A program made the position numbers and the translations under genes. Under the pieces are notes generated by a model that was not told where the DNA came from, did not search any database, and was given only the letters and a program-made list of their open reading frames with translations. Shown here in pieces: positions 38,324 through 51,480 of a DNA stretch of 64,000 nt. Numbering within the stretch: the first letter of the stretch is position 1; every line of letters begins with the position of its first letter. The stretch comes from Tubiluchus corallicola (taxonomy: Eukaryota > Animalia > Priapulida), in the NCBI GenBank assembly GCA_030141605.1, contig JAQGDQ010000278.1, positions 62,001-126,000 of the forward strand. The letters run 5' to 3'.

Positions 38324-40989
38324 GTTAAATGTCCTTAACAAATCGTTTTTAAAGCAGCGGCTACTCAGTACGCCAAAATAGCTACAAGAGATACAAAAAG
38401 CAGAACGTCCTAGACTCGTATCCTGGCTCCTGTGTACCAAGCCAGTCGTCTGTAACGAGTATTGTTCAGGAAATGATCCACCGGAAGTGGATTTTTTGTG
38501 TGGTAATCATTTTATATGCACTCTTCGTCACACTCAGCTCAGACTGTAGTAACTGCACTAAATTGCTTGCATTATAGAAAAGTTTTTGTATGTAAATGGT
38601 TTGGATTGACACAGTTAATTCTACTGGAAAATTGTTTAAAAATTGTCTGGTCTTGTGCATATATAGTATAGTGGTGTGCTTTGAAAGAGTAATAAATGTG
38701 CAGGATGTTCCAAAAGAAACAGTGGAGTAGAAATACGACACAAGAAACATGGTTTTTTATAGTATGGCATCATAATGACGTCAACGTATTATGCTTTTTA
38801 TGTCATTACTTTATTGATATCATCAAACTTGTTAGACTTCATATGGTATCATATTTTAATACCTCTCATTTGTTACCATTTTAACTTTGTTTTTGGAAAG
38901 CCCTGTATATTGCTGCTACTAGCTAGTTTACCATGATCACTTTGTACAAAGAACATTAGCTAATTAGCTGTTGAAATTTTCAGGTTACGCCTGAAACTTC
39001 TTTGAACGCGAAATTAGCATGAAAATGTCACCATGAATAGCATTTTTACATTCTAACAAACATCGTTATTTCTGTAACTAGTCCGGAATGCGAAGCATTA
39101 GGTTACTTGCTTATTGAGTTTTTTCTGCCCCATTGTAATATGTCATTTAGGACACATTTTATTGTTACTATGGAATCGATTTTTCATAAAAAATATAATA
39201 CGGAGTAACTCTATTGTGACGTCGCAATAATAAAAACTGATAAAAACTTATTACATAACCAAAGATATAGGTTTACGTTGTAGGAAAGTTACCCAGAAAG
39301 TAACCCTTTGTAGGGCAAAGAACGGCAGCAAATATAAAGTTATGCCTTTAAATCACGTTTATTAATTCGTCGCGAAGAGTTGCTTTAGCATTTTACACAT
39401 TTTTATTTGAATTTTTCATGTATAAACATTATAACTTGCAGTAGTCGTATATACTGGCTTGCTGTACCAATCATGAACTATAGTTTTCTTATAACGAAGC
39501 TTTGTTTAAAAATTAAAATTCCCAATGGAGAAGAAACCAAAAAGGATAAAAATATTATGACAAACACAACAATTTCAGCTCGTTCTTACACAGGATAACT
39601 ACAGGTCCCATTGAACCATGGAGGAAGTACAGCATTATAATCGTATAATAATTATTACTGTGTAGGAGTTCGACTGCGTAAACAAAAAGCCTGTTTTGTC
39701 TATGTTTCATTGTGAAATGTGTGGATAGATAAACTTTGCAAAATACACCTCGCACCGATCAACGATTACAGTGTGCAGAGGACTTAATTATCTATAATTA
39801 TTAGAAAATTACGTCTGTATTGCGAGAAATTAGCAGAATCACGATAATAACGTATGGTCTAGAGTGCATGTCAACTTGTAAGAAGGGTGTCAATTTCTAA
39901 AATATAAATTTGAGCAAATATGTAAGGTGCTCCATATGATAAAAACAGTTTTTAGAAATTTCATATTTATCTGTAGTAAGCTGTGTTTTAGAGCTTCCGC
40001 GGAGATGTACATAGCAGGGACCGTAATTTTTGTTTAGGTCTGTGTTAGGCGCGCCACGTATAACGTACTCTCAAAAAGTCAATTGCCTATTATCACCCGT
40101 ATTCCATCACAAAGACCACAACTGCCGAGAAATTTCAGGAGAAATTTACTTTAGTGAAAATTACTCGAACTATTTTCATTGCGCAGTTTTCATACTTTGT
40201 TTGAGCCATAACTGAGGTTACTCTGATGACGTACATGTATATGTAATTGCGCTATATAGGTTGAATAATTAATCGATGACGACCAAGCGCCCTCTCTCAG
40301 AGGAGTTAATGTTACTTTGTCTGTGTTTCCTTATCATGTGACCTTTCATCTATTGTTTCTAAAATGTATTGATCCTATTGGGATACTGTTGAGCCTTTAA
40401 CAAATGTTAGTCCCTGTTGTTTGGCTTCTCTACCTAGCCAATCTACCTAGTAGACCTAGACTGTCTGTTGGCTAGCTTTATCTCTGGTTTCTCATAAAAA
40501 AATTAGTTTAATTTTTAAGCTGTGTCATGAGCCTCTAGCCATCGTTGGCTTCTGAAGCTTTTGTTCATAATAGTGATCAGGCTATTGGCATTTTAAAATT
40601 TATAAAGGTTACTATAATCATTGGTTCAGACTCCTTGACTGAATTTGGTTCTTCTATTTGTCTATGTATTTGTCTTCTATTCAATTTGTGATTTACTCAA
40701 TGACTGATACCACAATACTTCGTTATATTTGTTAATTCTGTCGGCACTGCAAAATTTCTGGGATATGCTAATCGCGATCCTAATCCCAATCCAGTTCGAC
40801 GATCGCATCAATCAATGTTCTCGTTAATTTTTTGGTCACTGAATTTGGTAGTCAAAAACAGCAACATAACGCTACGGATTGCGTTGATTGTGTCTAAAAA
40901 GTTATTTTTGCCAAGATAATCCCAGATAATCCGGATATTAATCTTATTAGTTCTCATCACTCATCATACCTCATGACAGGCGCATAGTC

Positions 40990-41230
40990 TTTTTTATTAA
41001 TACAATATGAGGTTGTCAAAAAAACAGTGTTTATTATACGTCAATTGCATTGTGATTAAAAAGCGCCTCAGTGGCGTTAATGATAAAAGATAGATTATAG
41101 GTGTATAGAAGCTTGGAACAGTAAAACTTAGAAATGGCCATTTAAAAAGACAGATTTCAAAAGACTTTTAAAAGAATTAATATTTTCTATTGAATTTACA
41201 TTAAATGATAATTATTAAAAGTACTAGGTT
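40990..41230 (-). mobile_element. L2/CR1-type LINE 3'-end remnant
   Basis: The minus strand reads VNSIENINSFKSLLKSVF (SFKxxLK terminus), followed by a UTR with AATAAA. Confidence 0.45.
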
Positions 41231-41344
41231 TGCTTTAACAAATTCGTACTGTTTTATTAACTAGTAGAAAGAATGTCGGTCCGACACTAAAATGTTATGT
41301 TTATATTCAGCCCGCACTGTATTACAATTGCCTGATGCCACGAT

Positions 41345-41995
41345 ATGATATGTTTATACTTAGTGCTACATTTGCGTGAAACCATGTTATGTTTATACTC
41401 TGCCCATGTTGTGCTACATTTGCCTGAAACCATGTTGTGTTTATACTCTGCCTGTGTTGTGCTACATTTGCCTGAAACCATGTTGTGTTTATACTCTGCC
41501 TGTGTTGTGCTACATTTGCCTGAAACCATGTTATCTTTATACTCAGCCTGTGTGTTGTGCTACATTTGCCTGAAACCATGTTATGTTTATACTCTGCCTG
41601 TGTTGTGCTACATTTGCCTGAAACCATGTTATCTTTATACTCAGCCTGTGTGTTGTGCTACATTTGCCTGAAACCATGTTATGTTTATACTCTGCCTGTG
41701 CTGTGCTACATTTGCCTGAAACCATGTTATCTTTATACTCAGCCTGTGTGTTGTGCTACATTTGCCTGAAACCATGTTATGTTTATACTCTGCCTGTGCT
41801 GTGTTACATTTGCCTGAAACCATGTTATCTTTATACTCAGCCTGTGTGTTGTGCTACATTTGCCTGAAACCATGTTATGTTTATACTCTGCCTGTGCTGT
41901 GTTACATTTGCCTGAAACCATGTTATGTTTATACTCTGCCTGTGCTGTGTAACATTTGCCTGAAACCCATCATGTACGTGTACATTCAGCCTGCA
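41345..41995. repeat. 48/50-bp minisatellite, 12 full units, with a 98-bp higher-order dimer
   Basis: GAAACC unit starts at 41378, 41426, 41474, 41522, 41572, 41620, 41670, 41718, 41768, 41816, 41866, 41914 and 41962. Order A A A B A B A B A B A A. Confidence 0.98.
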
Positions 41996-43219
41996 CCTCT
42001 TTGGCTGTTCATAACGTTGTGTGTACGCACTCGCCTAATACTGTGCGAATTAGCTTATACTATGTTTAGTCTCAACTTACAAATAATTATTCCAGACTAT
42101 TGTATGGACTAATTAATATTCTTATATTAAGCCATGAATAAATTTGAATCTACTTTATCCCCAAATGATTTTCATGATACCGTCTTCTGCTGGTAACCTA
42201 TGTATATTGTTAAAATATCTGTTGAAAACCCAAAGCGGTTTCTTGTGGTGCATAATTGCTTTAGCAGTATCGTGCTAACAGCTCAAGGTGTGTCGATCCC
42301 TGGAATAAAATTAACTCTAAAGTGAGGTAAATAACAGGTATGGAGATTTCCTGTAGAGAGGTCAACTCATCAGGTGGTTGTGTTAATTGGGCAGCTTTAT
42401 TCTGTGCGGAAAGTAGGAATTTATTTTCGTGTATAATGCTATTAATTTAGAGGTTTGGCCATACTTATAAAGTAATTACATGCCCGTTTTTATATAGTGA
42501 CCAAGTGTGTCTTTATTTGGTCTGCTGTTCCAATGATGTATAAAGGAAAGCTTAGCTTTTTTATTCATTTTTTTGTTACAAACGACCGGCAGGGGACTAG
42601 AAGCACGTTTTTGTTCAGATTAAAGTCGCTTGATTGTGGTAGTTTATTTACGCGTATATATGTAGCCAGGCCTATTCATAATTCAACCCCCGTGATATAA
42701 ATCTAACACAAGATTTATAACTTACGTTATGGCGTAATGTTCATTGGTGCCGAATTAATTCACTTTTACGCATAGCAAACACATTTAATGCTGTTTGTTA
42801 GCCTAGAATGTGACAATAGAAACTATGTTATATACATATTGATATTTCTTAGTTCTGCAGACGATTATCGTGTCGCTGTTAGGCTATCTTAGATCAAAAT
42901 TCATAAAAAAATTTTGAAAAGATTTGCTAAGTATATTTTGCAAAACTTGCAAATACTAAGCTTAAATCAGTCGCGTTTCAAGATTTTCTTTGCAGCGATG
43001 CGGCACATAGTATAACGGTGATTATTGCCGAATTTTCTAGGATAGTATATCGCTGCAGTGTGAACCGATTTTATTGACTTTACTCTACAGCCTTGCTTCC
43101 ACCCAGCGTAAGTTTAGTCAGCAACGACCTGCAAATGTTTTTATGGAAGGAACCTGAAAGTGAACCATTAGAAGCAACTACGTGCGATGTACATTTATAA
43201 CTCCAAGTAACTTTTAGAC

Positions 43220-43740
43220 GAATGTAGGATGATTTTTCATATCTTACCCCATTTTCAAGTACGGTAAAAAAAATATACATTTTGACACCAATAATATTGC
43301 AAAAGCGTTTCTGATAATTAAATAATAAATGAAATTCTTAGTTAACGGCGGGAGAGCCCAACTATTGATGACAGAAATGAACATGATGTTCAACAGCACA
43401 AACATTCCATGAGCGTGTTGCGCGTATTTGTGAAAGCGTTACTGTAAGAGAGTCAGTGAGCTCTTGAATATGTGTACTACGTCACAACCGAACAACTCTG
43501 AATTGAGATGTGCAGCACTTGTTTTTTGTGCAAGGCGTTTCCGAGATGCACACGCTGACTCTAACCAATAAGTGGTGGAATGCATGTAATAGCGAAGAAC
43601 TAGTCACGCGAACAAAAATACATTTCTGTGACAATTCTTTCACGTAAGTCGTTTTGAAAAAATAGTGCATTTCTTTTCACATTCTATTTAACAGGGTAGA
43701 TTGTTTTGAGTTATAGTTTAAGATTGGATTCGGTTTTCCT
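43220..43740 (+). mobile_element. Kolobok-like non-autonomous element, copy B
   Basis: Similar to 24492-25124 and 26445-26722; ends CGGTTTTCCT|TTAA. Confidence 0.8.
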
Positions 43741-45586
43741 TTAAGCTCAAGTATTTTACTGTTTGTCAATAAACCTTTACTGACTAGCATTATTTTAGAT
43801 TGATCATGGACAGAGCACCGGTGAGGTCAAGGCCATGCGCGCTTAGAAGAAGAAAAAGCATCTGTCTGGCTTGGCTTCCCTTAGAAAAGACGCGAATTTG
43901 TGTTTCTTGTGGCCTAGTCAACGCAATGAATCATAGCGTAACCAGCAGGGTACTACACAACTGTGAACGCATACATAAAACACGATGGCAATTAAATTTA
44001 TAGCCAAATATTTTAAACAAAAACCAGGCTAGGGTGAAAGGGTGGCTGTAGTGTCTTCCCTGGGCTAGATATTTTTGCTGATTTCCCACGGAAGACCTTG
44101 GACCACCGTAGTTTGTGATTCACAGTAAAATTGACTGACCCAAGCAATAGTTTACTAGTGGCAGAAACGTGAATGTGAAAAATAAAGACACTTTTTAAAA
44201 ATGGGAAAAATTTGGTTAGATGAAGCTGTTTCCTACAGTTTATCCCAGGATTTGACGCGTTGTAAATTAATTGTTTAATGGATTCCTCTAAACTTAGACT
44301 TTAACCTAGATTAGGTGACTTTCACCTAAATCATTTTAAGTATAAAGATAGAGAACAGGCTGGATGTATTTGTTAACATTTATTAGTGAAACTAATACCA
44401 TGAAAACTTTTTCGTTGTTGGATTAAAACTATTAAATTTTTTAAATCAGTTTTTTAGTTTCAAAAATTAGCAATTTTAGGTCTTTGCTTAGCATTAAATG
44501 TTAATGCGGAAGAAATGTTGTATATAATTGAAAACTATTGTCATTAATCTTTCCAATATTATTTTTTATCATCCCTGTTGTGCTGAGTATCAAAACTAAG
44601 TTAATATTTGCTGCGGATTATTTTTGAGATCGCGTCTTACGTTTTCTTTCATAAAGCTAAAGAAATCAAAATTCAAAGGTAATTCAGACTTATATAAGAA
44701 ATAATTAAGTGAAATAATTTCACGTTTACAAAGTTTACACATCAGACTACGTCAGGTGACAAAGTTCTTACAATCACCAATCAAAATCTTTGCAAGACGA
44801 GCCGCAGGAGTCCTTATCAACTTGCGCCAGTCGGAAAATCTGAAACGGGCATCATAATATTAGTAAGCCACCCACCGTGCGTTGCTTTTTATGTGCATTA
44901 AAGCGTTTGATTGGTGCGTTTTGTTTGCTTCGTGTTATATCATTCGCCTGAACACAATTCATGTCTGGCTTTTATCGCACGGTCCGTTGTCTGCTCGTTT
45001 GTAAGTCATATTTTATTTCGCTTTTAACTCCCTCTAGCCTCTACGTTTTCAGGCGATATTTCATGTCCCTAGTCGCTGAATAACATCGATTATGCGGCTC
45101 GTCACCAGAGGGCGCATTGCAAGTCAAATGAGATGGCTTTAGTTACCTGACACTTTAGTCGAGTTGTTGTGCTCTCCCGGCAGGTGTCGCCACCTTCAGC
45201 GGCTCATTATTATGTAACGTTTTGATTTTTAACTCACGTTGAAAACATTTATTCCGTCAATTTGTACAATGGATTAAAGTTGAAAGTGGATTAAATTGTG
45301 GGTTTCATTGACGTTTAAATACACGGCCACTGATCGATGAAGGACCTAATTGTGTACCCCCGGAGATCGCCTGGCAGGAAATTTAAACCGATTATAGGAG
45401 CCATGAAATGTAATATGAAAAACGACGACCTGTAAAATTAGCCTTTTACTAAACCTAACTGGCTGATCAATAAGCATTAAGTATAGCTGTAATTAGTTGT
45501 GCTATAAGTTAAATTGTTGAATAATAAAAGGCTTATTACCTACTTTTCCTTACGGATTAAATGCTCTAGTAAATGAGATTTTTACT

Positions 45587-45935
45587 AGATAGATAGATAG
45601 ATAGATAGATAAGTAGGCAGATAGATAAAATTTATTTTCGTCTCATCTATAACATTCAAGTACTGATAACACAACTGCAGCAAATAAGAGCTCAACTTTG
45701 AGTCATAAGAAACCAAATTCACATAATTAAAAAGCACAATAAATAAAAAAAAGTAGCATAGTGCGAATGTGGATGCACTAAGACTTGGAGGTAAATTGTA
45801 TTTACACAAAAGGCACAAAAATTGCATCTCATCCTCGATAGCATCACAGCTACACAACTGATATAATCGTTCATTAACCGGGATACTTTCATAACGCCTT
45901 GTTTCAACTTACTTCTGACTTCTGAGCTTACGTGG
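45587..45935 (-). mobile_element. LINE C-terminal fragment (RTEX-like zinc-finger region) with (CTAT)n tail
   Basis: Minus strand VETRRYESIPVNERLYQLCSCDAIEDEMQFLCLLCKY matches the IETGRY...ERICxxC...IEDExHFLxxCxxY consensus. (GATA)n at 45587-45627 on the plus strand. Confidence 0.8.
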
Positions 45936-47229
45936 TTATGTATGGGCGCTGGACTGTATGAAAATAGTTGCAACCCAGATGTCTAGTACTTGCTTGCATT
46001 GTTGTTGTTGTTCTTGTGGACAGTTTGCCTTGAACTCACGGTTCAAACGTGTAGTTTGTTTGGTTCACGTTGCACGTTGCACTCTGGGATGTTAAAGCAC
46101 ACTTAAACTTGTTATTGATAAAAAACAAAAAAAGAACGTAAATTTTCCATAAAATTAAAATTGCGCTGTGCCCACTGTACTAGTATCTGTAATAACAGCA
46201 GAAGACCCCAGTTAAGCAATTGCGTCATGCAACTGCTATGTCCTTAGTTCAAATCTCGCCAGAAAGAGTATTTTTTATATTTGCTGTAACTGCATCACAA
46301 AATAATTTTGTATTTTTAGCAACTGTATTTCGTAATCCTGCCTTAAAATATAGACATGAAACATCTCAAGTGTATGTAATCTCCAGGCATTGCCTCGTAA
46401 TGGTGAAATTAACATCCTATTAAATATGAATCATTTTCTGCAGTTTACCACGCTTCTGTACTTGTTGAAATTTCAATATAGCTACCTTTATAAGTTCACG
46501 AGGGATTGTAAAGCTAAGTGCCAGGGTGGGTGTCCTCTCGACCTACCAATTCATCTGGCAAGAGGTGCTGTCAGGAGACAGATCGGTTGTATTTCTCAAC
46601 GATTATGGTGGCGAAAATCGACGTGAGACCGCGTGGAATAAAGTGTTGACAGAGGGGTGGGGTCGCAGACTTGAAGGGCGTGCATCGTATATTCACGAGT
46701 GAAGTTACTTAACCCAGACAGCTCTACCGACGTTTTAATGCAATCGTACGCGTTATGTACTGCGTGGCAAGGGCGCGCATTATTGGTATCGTTAAAGTAA
46801 TGAATGCGAAGGTTTCTGTCGAAAAAAGTGCTGGACTTTTGCGTGGCTTAAACCAAAAATAAGGCAAAATCAATCACGTGACCCGTTTTAACTAATCATA
46901 TTCTGCTTTCAAAACGTTTTCATTTGCTGAATTTTTAAATATGATGGGATAAGGACATTACATCTTAATATTCGTTCTCTCTTTTGACAAAATCTGTATT
47001 ACTGTTGCTGTGTTATTTTATTCGCCTATAAAAATTTAATCACATTTTCATTCTAAGAATAAAGTGGCAAAGCTGTATAATCACATTTTAGGACAATCAG
47101 GAGTACAGTTTCACTTTAATGCATTCGACGTAATTACATGAAAAGCTGTTTATTCTTTTAAAACATCGTCCTAGTAATATTGTAATACGATTTATTTTAA
47201 ATTATGATTCTGGTATCAGTATGAATTCT

Positions 47230-47424
47230 ATATATTTTAAGCAAATGGAGAACAATTTTATTTGTAAATGCCCTTTCGTAAATGCCCATTTGTATTTATA
47301 CTGTAAATAGGCGTTTTAAGTTAGTTTTTAATAGTGTTTTTATCCTTGTATGTATTTTATGTATTTGTGTTTTATGGACTAGATTCGGAAATAAATAAAT
47401 AATTCAATTCAATTCAATTCAATT
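47230..47424 (+). mobile_element. Short LINE 3'-end copy sharing its terminus with 29380-30215; (AATTC)n tail
   Basis: 47376-47404 is the exact 29-bp reverse complement of 29380-29408. The 5' boundary is approximate. Confidence 0.75.
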
Positions 47425-48364
47425 TACTTTTCACACATTGAAATACTCAAATCCTTGAATGCGCACAGACTTTCAAACGCGGATCGATGTGGAAAGTAAT
47501 ATAAGCAGTTTTTATTAGGGTTAACTCCTTTACTAAACACAGTAACAATGGTGCCATATTGCCAGAACCCAACATAAGTTGTTGCTGTTATGGTAAACTA
47601 CGAGCAGATATGCATGTTTCATGTACAAGCATTGTGGCGATCATAGTCGCCTGTCTTCTGGTCTGTAAGTTCCGGCTATTCCCGAGAAGGGAATGGCGCG
47701 AAACCTTAAAATCGACAAGCATCCGTGAAATTTACAACTTTTAATAGTAGTTAAAATATGTAATACTCGTTTTTATACAATTACAACAGAAGTTGACGTA
47801 GAAGCAAAAATTTGTAACGCACATTTAGACGCAAATGTTAATCATAGATTAGACTTAAGTCATTCATCTAATAGCTGACACACACTGCGTAGTTGACCAC
47901 AGGTCAGAAATTCACGAGTGACTTGTGCAGCGGGTAGACTTTGGTCACTAAATCATGATTGGCACGCACTGCTCCAGATACACGCTGGGCGTATGGTTAG
48001 AAGTAAATACATAAAATGCTGATCATTTTCAATAATGTCGGAAGTAAATAGTTTGTTATTGAACATAATTTATTTTGGCGCATGCAGCAAGCAATTTGTC
48101 GTGTCACAGATACCCGAACGCACGCATAACGTTTGTTCATGACTTACAAGTATTAGGAAGTGTACAGATTAACAGAAGTAATCAAACTGTTATAGAAAGC
48201 TTTCTCTGATTATCGGAACTTTGATACCGGAACAAATTTATTTACACCATAAATTGCATTAGTTTAGCCTAGTATGTTTACTATTGAGGAAAGATTACTC
48301 CTGAAAGTCCTAGAAAGTTTAAGTTATAATTGAGAAGGATGTAAATTCTTCGGAGAATGGCCGT

Positions 48365-48476
48365 CCCTCTCTCTTTCTCTGTCCCTTTCACTCACTCACT
48401 CTTTCATTCACTCCACTCTCCCCTCTTACTGCTTTCTCACGTTCTTTCTATCTGTCTTTTTTCTACTTTTCTGCCG

Positions 48477-48525
<49 letters not shown>
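48365..48525. repeat. Polypyrimidine tract ending in (CT)~23
   Basis: Directly visible; the (TC)n tract resumes at 49894-49916. Confidence 0.92.
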
Positions 48526-48529
<4 letters not shown>

Positions 48530-49855
48530 GCACAAAGCTGTTGTGATGTGCTTCACAAATGGTGCCAGAAATGGCGTTTAAAGATAAATACGTTACCTGG
48601 TAAGACAGAAGCATTGCTAGTAGGGGCATGGGATAAAAATAACAAGCCAGACAATTTAAAAATTAGTAACAATGAAATATTGTTTGTTGAAGACAGCAAA
48701 ATATTACGCCTAACTGTTGATCGGAAATTAACATTTGCTAAACACGCGGGCAATGTTCATAAAAAGTATGGTATAGATGGTTTATAAAACTACTATTTTG
48801 CCGATTATACTGTACGGTGCTATTGCATGGTTAAGTAGAAAACTTTCTGTATTTGAAGACATAATCTATAATATAATGAAAGTTGCTGCGGGGTTGGCTT
48901 TTAAACCAGATCGATCTAAATTGGAAATACTTTGTGGACTTCCACCGTTAGACATTGAATTAAATGTAATTGTTGTTAAATCTTGTCTCAAGACGTTATG
49001 TCAGAGCGCTGATGATTTAGTTAAACAAAAGATTCTGCGGTATGGTAGTGCACGTCTGACAGGAAGGCATATTTATAAAAATATTATATATACACATGCG
49101 CAGACTGTGAGACACTTTTTAAAATTTGTCTGGAATGAAAACTTCCGTAATACAGGTCTTGAAGAAGTTCCTGAAAATATGTGAAAGTATACTAAATGTC
49201 AAATTATGGATTATGTTTCTTGTACCTGGTCAAATAAATATAGGCATGTTATGCAATTTCGAGGAGAAATTGTTGAAATACAGAATATAAAATGTAAACC
49301 ATTGAATTTGCCGCTTGGAAATAATGAAAGGAAAATAGAATCCATTGCCATGTCTTTTTTAACTGGCCAGGGGAATTTTAACAGCTTTTTGTATTGACTT
49401 AATATGTGTGATACTAGTTTATGTCCATGTGGAGAAGAAGAGCAAACTTCTCAGCACATTTTATTCAGATGCAATAAAGTAGATAATACAAAAAGAATGC
49501 GTTTCATAGAAATAGCTGATGCCAATTATACACGTAATATTATGCTTTAATCTGATAAAAATTTAATAATAGCTTTCACTAACCTGATCAGAGATAATTT
49601 TATACTAAGTAATTGTTAATTTAGGCCCGCTCGAGTATACAAAAATAAATTATGTAGGTGTGTAAAGTTAATTTGTGTGTATAATACTTGTGAATCGTTT
49701 GAAATTATATCTAATCTAAGTATAATATGTTATTCGTTGTACATAGTGTGAAACTGGAAATATTTAAAAGATTTGTTATATGAAAATGTAAATTGTTGAT
49801 CTGAGCCTGCAAAAAGAGGCACCTTTTGGTATTTATATTCATTTCTTTAATAAAG

Positions 49856-49893
<38 letters not shown>
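48526..49893 (+). mobile_element. 5'-truncated LINE (I/R1-group-like): RT end, CCHC zinc knuckle, (TTA)n tail
   Basis: IAQSCCDVLHKWCQKWRLKIN..GKTE...ILRLTVDRKLTF..H; YKTTILPIILYGAIAW...LEILCGLPPLDI; FLTGQGNFNSFLY*...CPCGEEEQTSQHILFRC. AATAAA at 49849, then (TTA)12. Confidence 0.92.
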
Positions 49894-49894
<1 letters not shown>

Positions 49895-50869
49895 CTCTCT
49901 CCCTCTCTCTCTCTCCTTACATCTGCTTCTCACTCTACCTGACTTCTCCCCTATAGCTGACGTTGACTGTCTATTTCTTGCAACAAACAAATAACCGAAA
50001 TTCTTATTATTCCTAGTCTGACCACCATTCTTCCTAGTTTTACACGCATCCGTCCATTTTCCAACCCCTCATACATAAAGAAGTCCTATTAAACGAAAGT
50101 TGGTTTTATGATGGCTTATATGAACGTATTTGCATTTGTTTAGAGACGTGTGTAAAATGAACCGCTTGCAGCTGACAGACACCCATCAGTCAACTGTAAT
50201 TAATGCAAAAACGAGGAAATGAAGAGTTTAGCGCAGTACAGAGTCTATAGACACCAGGCTAGACAGAATCATGACTGGGCATAAGTTTGCGAAAAAATAC
50301 GCATGAGTTCTTCCCTTTTTACGAGCAATTTCTTCTATCTGCACTGTAATGAATAAGCCAAATGCTGCTAATTATTATTCCAGCTTTAAGACAGGTCACC
50401 TACTGAAAATTAGCCAATTGTTAAAAATGATGCTTGTCACTATGAGTCACTAATGAATGGTCATTAATTATTACGTAGTTGCTGTTTGTTTTTGGAAGTG
50501 ATATTATTTTCCTACCAATACAAAGCAGAACACACAGGAAGACTACACCTCGATGCTGCTTGTTACATGTGATTTTTGAACTCAGCTTCATAGTTTCAGC
50601 CTGAAATCTCTGCATTAGTTCTCATGATTTATCCATTATTATTTCTTACTCAAACGAAAGTGTTTCACTTTACAGAAAAATATATTTTCTCTGGTCACGT
50701 ATTCATATCTCCATTTGCGTAGCTTCTCTTCTGAGTGGTCATTAGCGGCCTTATTTGGGGCGATTGGTGTTTAAAAACTCATAAAACGTAAGACGAAGCG
50801 TTGGCGGAGTAACAGTAGAAACGAAACGAAATTATTGATTTATATTGTTACATAATGATACAATATCAA

Positions 50870-50886
50870 TAATAATCGTAATGATA

Positions 50887-50917
<31 letters not shown>

Positions 50918-50975
50918 CGATGATGATGATGATGACGATGACGACGACAACAACAATAACAACAATAATAATAAT
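50870..50975. repeat. (GAT/GAC/AAC/AAT)n compound trinucleotide microsatellite
   Basis: Directly visible. Confidence 0.92.
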
Positions 50976-51480
50976 GGGGGCAACATGACATACCGTATTT
51001 GACTTTGACTTTTGGCCGTCAATGTTGGTAGGGTTATATATTGTGAACTGACCATTTAGCATTAAGGCCTATATCTTCAAGGCCATGTAGTGGAAAGAAG
51101 AGTCACTAAGACACATTCGATCTTCAAGTTGACCTTGAGGGTCGGCAAGGTTTTATCAAACGTAGTAGTTGTCCTGCAATGCATTCAGGCATCCGTGGCA
51201 AAGTGTACCGAATTTTGGCTGATTTATGGAATTAGTAGGTAGAAAAATAACTATTTGACATATTTGACCTTGACTATGAGTTTCAAGGTCAGTAGAGTTT
51301 TACATTAGTTGATGATTATTTTGCGTTAAAAATGAGGCCCAGGTAATCAAACTTGGCATATTCTTAACACGTTGCTGCGTTGCTATGGCCTTCTATTTGT
51401 AATCATTGCAGACCGAAACCAAAGATGGCTGGCGAAGGAATGGGGCTGCTGCGGCGCTATTGACCTTAAAGGTCAGTAGG
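50976..51480. repeat. Old interspersed repeat rich in TGACCTTGA / AAGGTCA motifs
   Basis: TTGACTTTGAC (50999), TTGACCTTGA (51129, 51264), CAAGGTCA and TGACCTTAAAGGTCA (51461-51475). Confidence 0.5.

Noticed and set aside
41287-42112. CRISPR-like array or repetitive Cys-rich ORFs
   Set aside because: Head-to-tail units with no unique spacers, no cas genes and a eukaryotic context; the ORFs are repeat artefacts.
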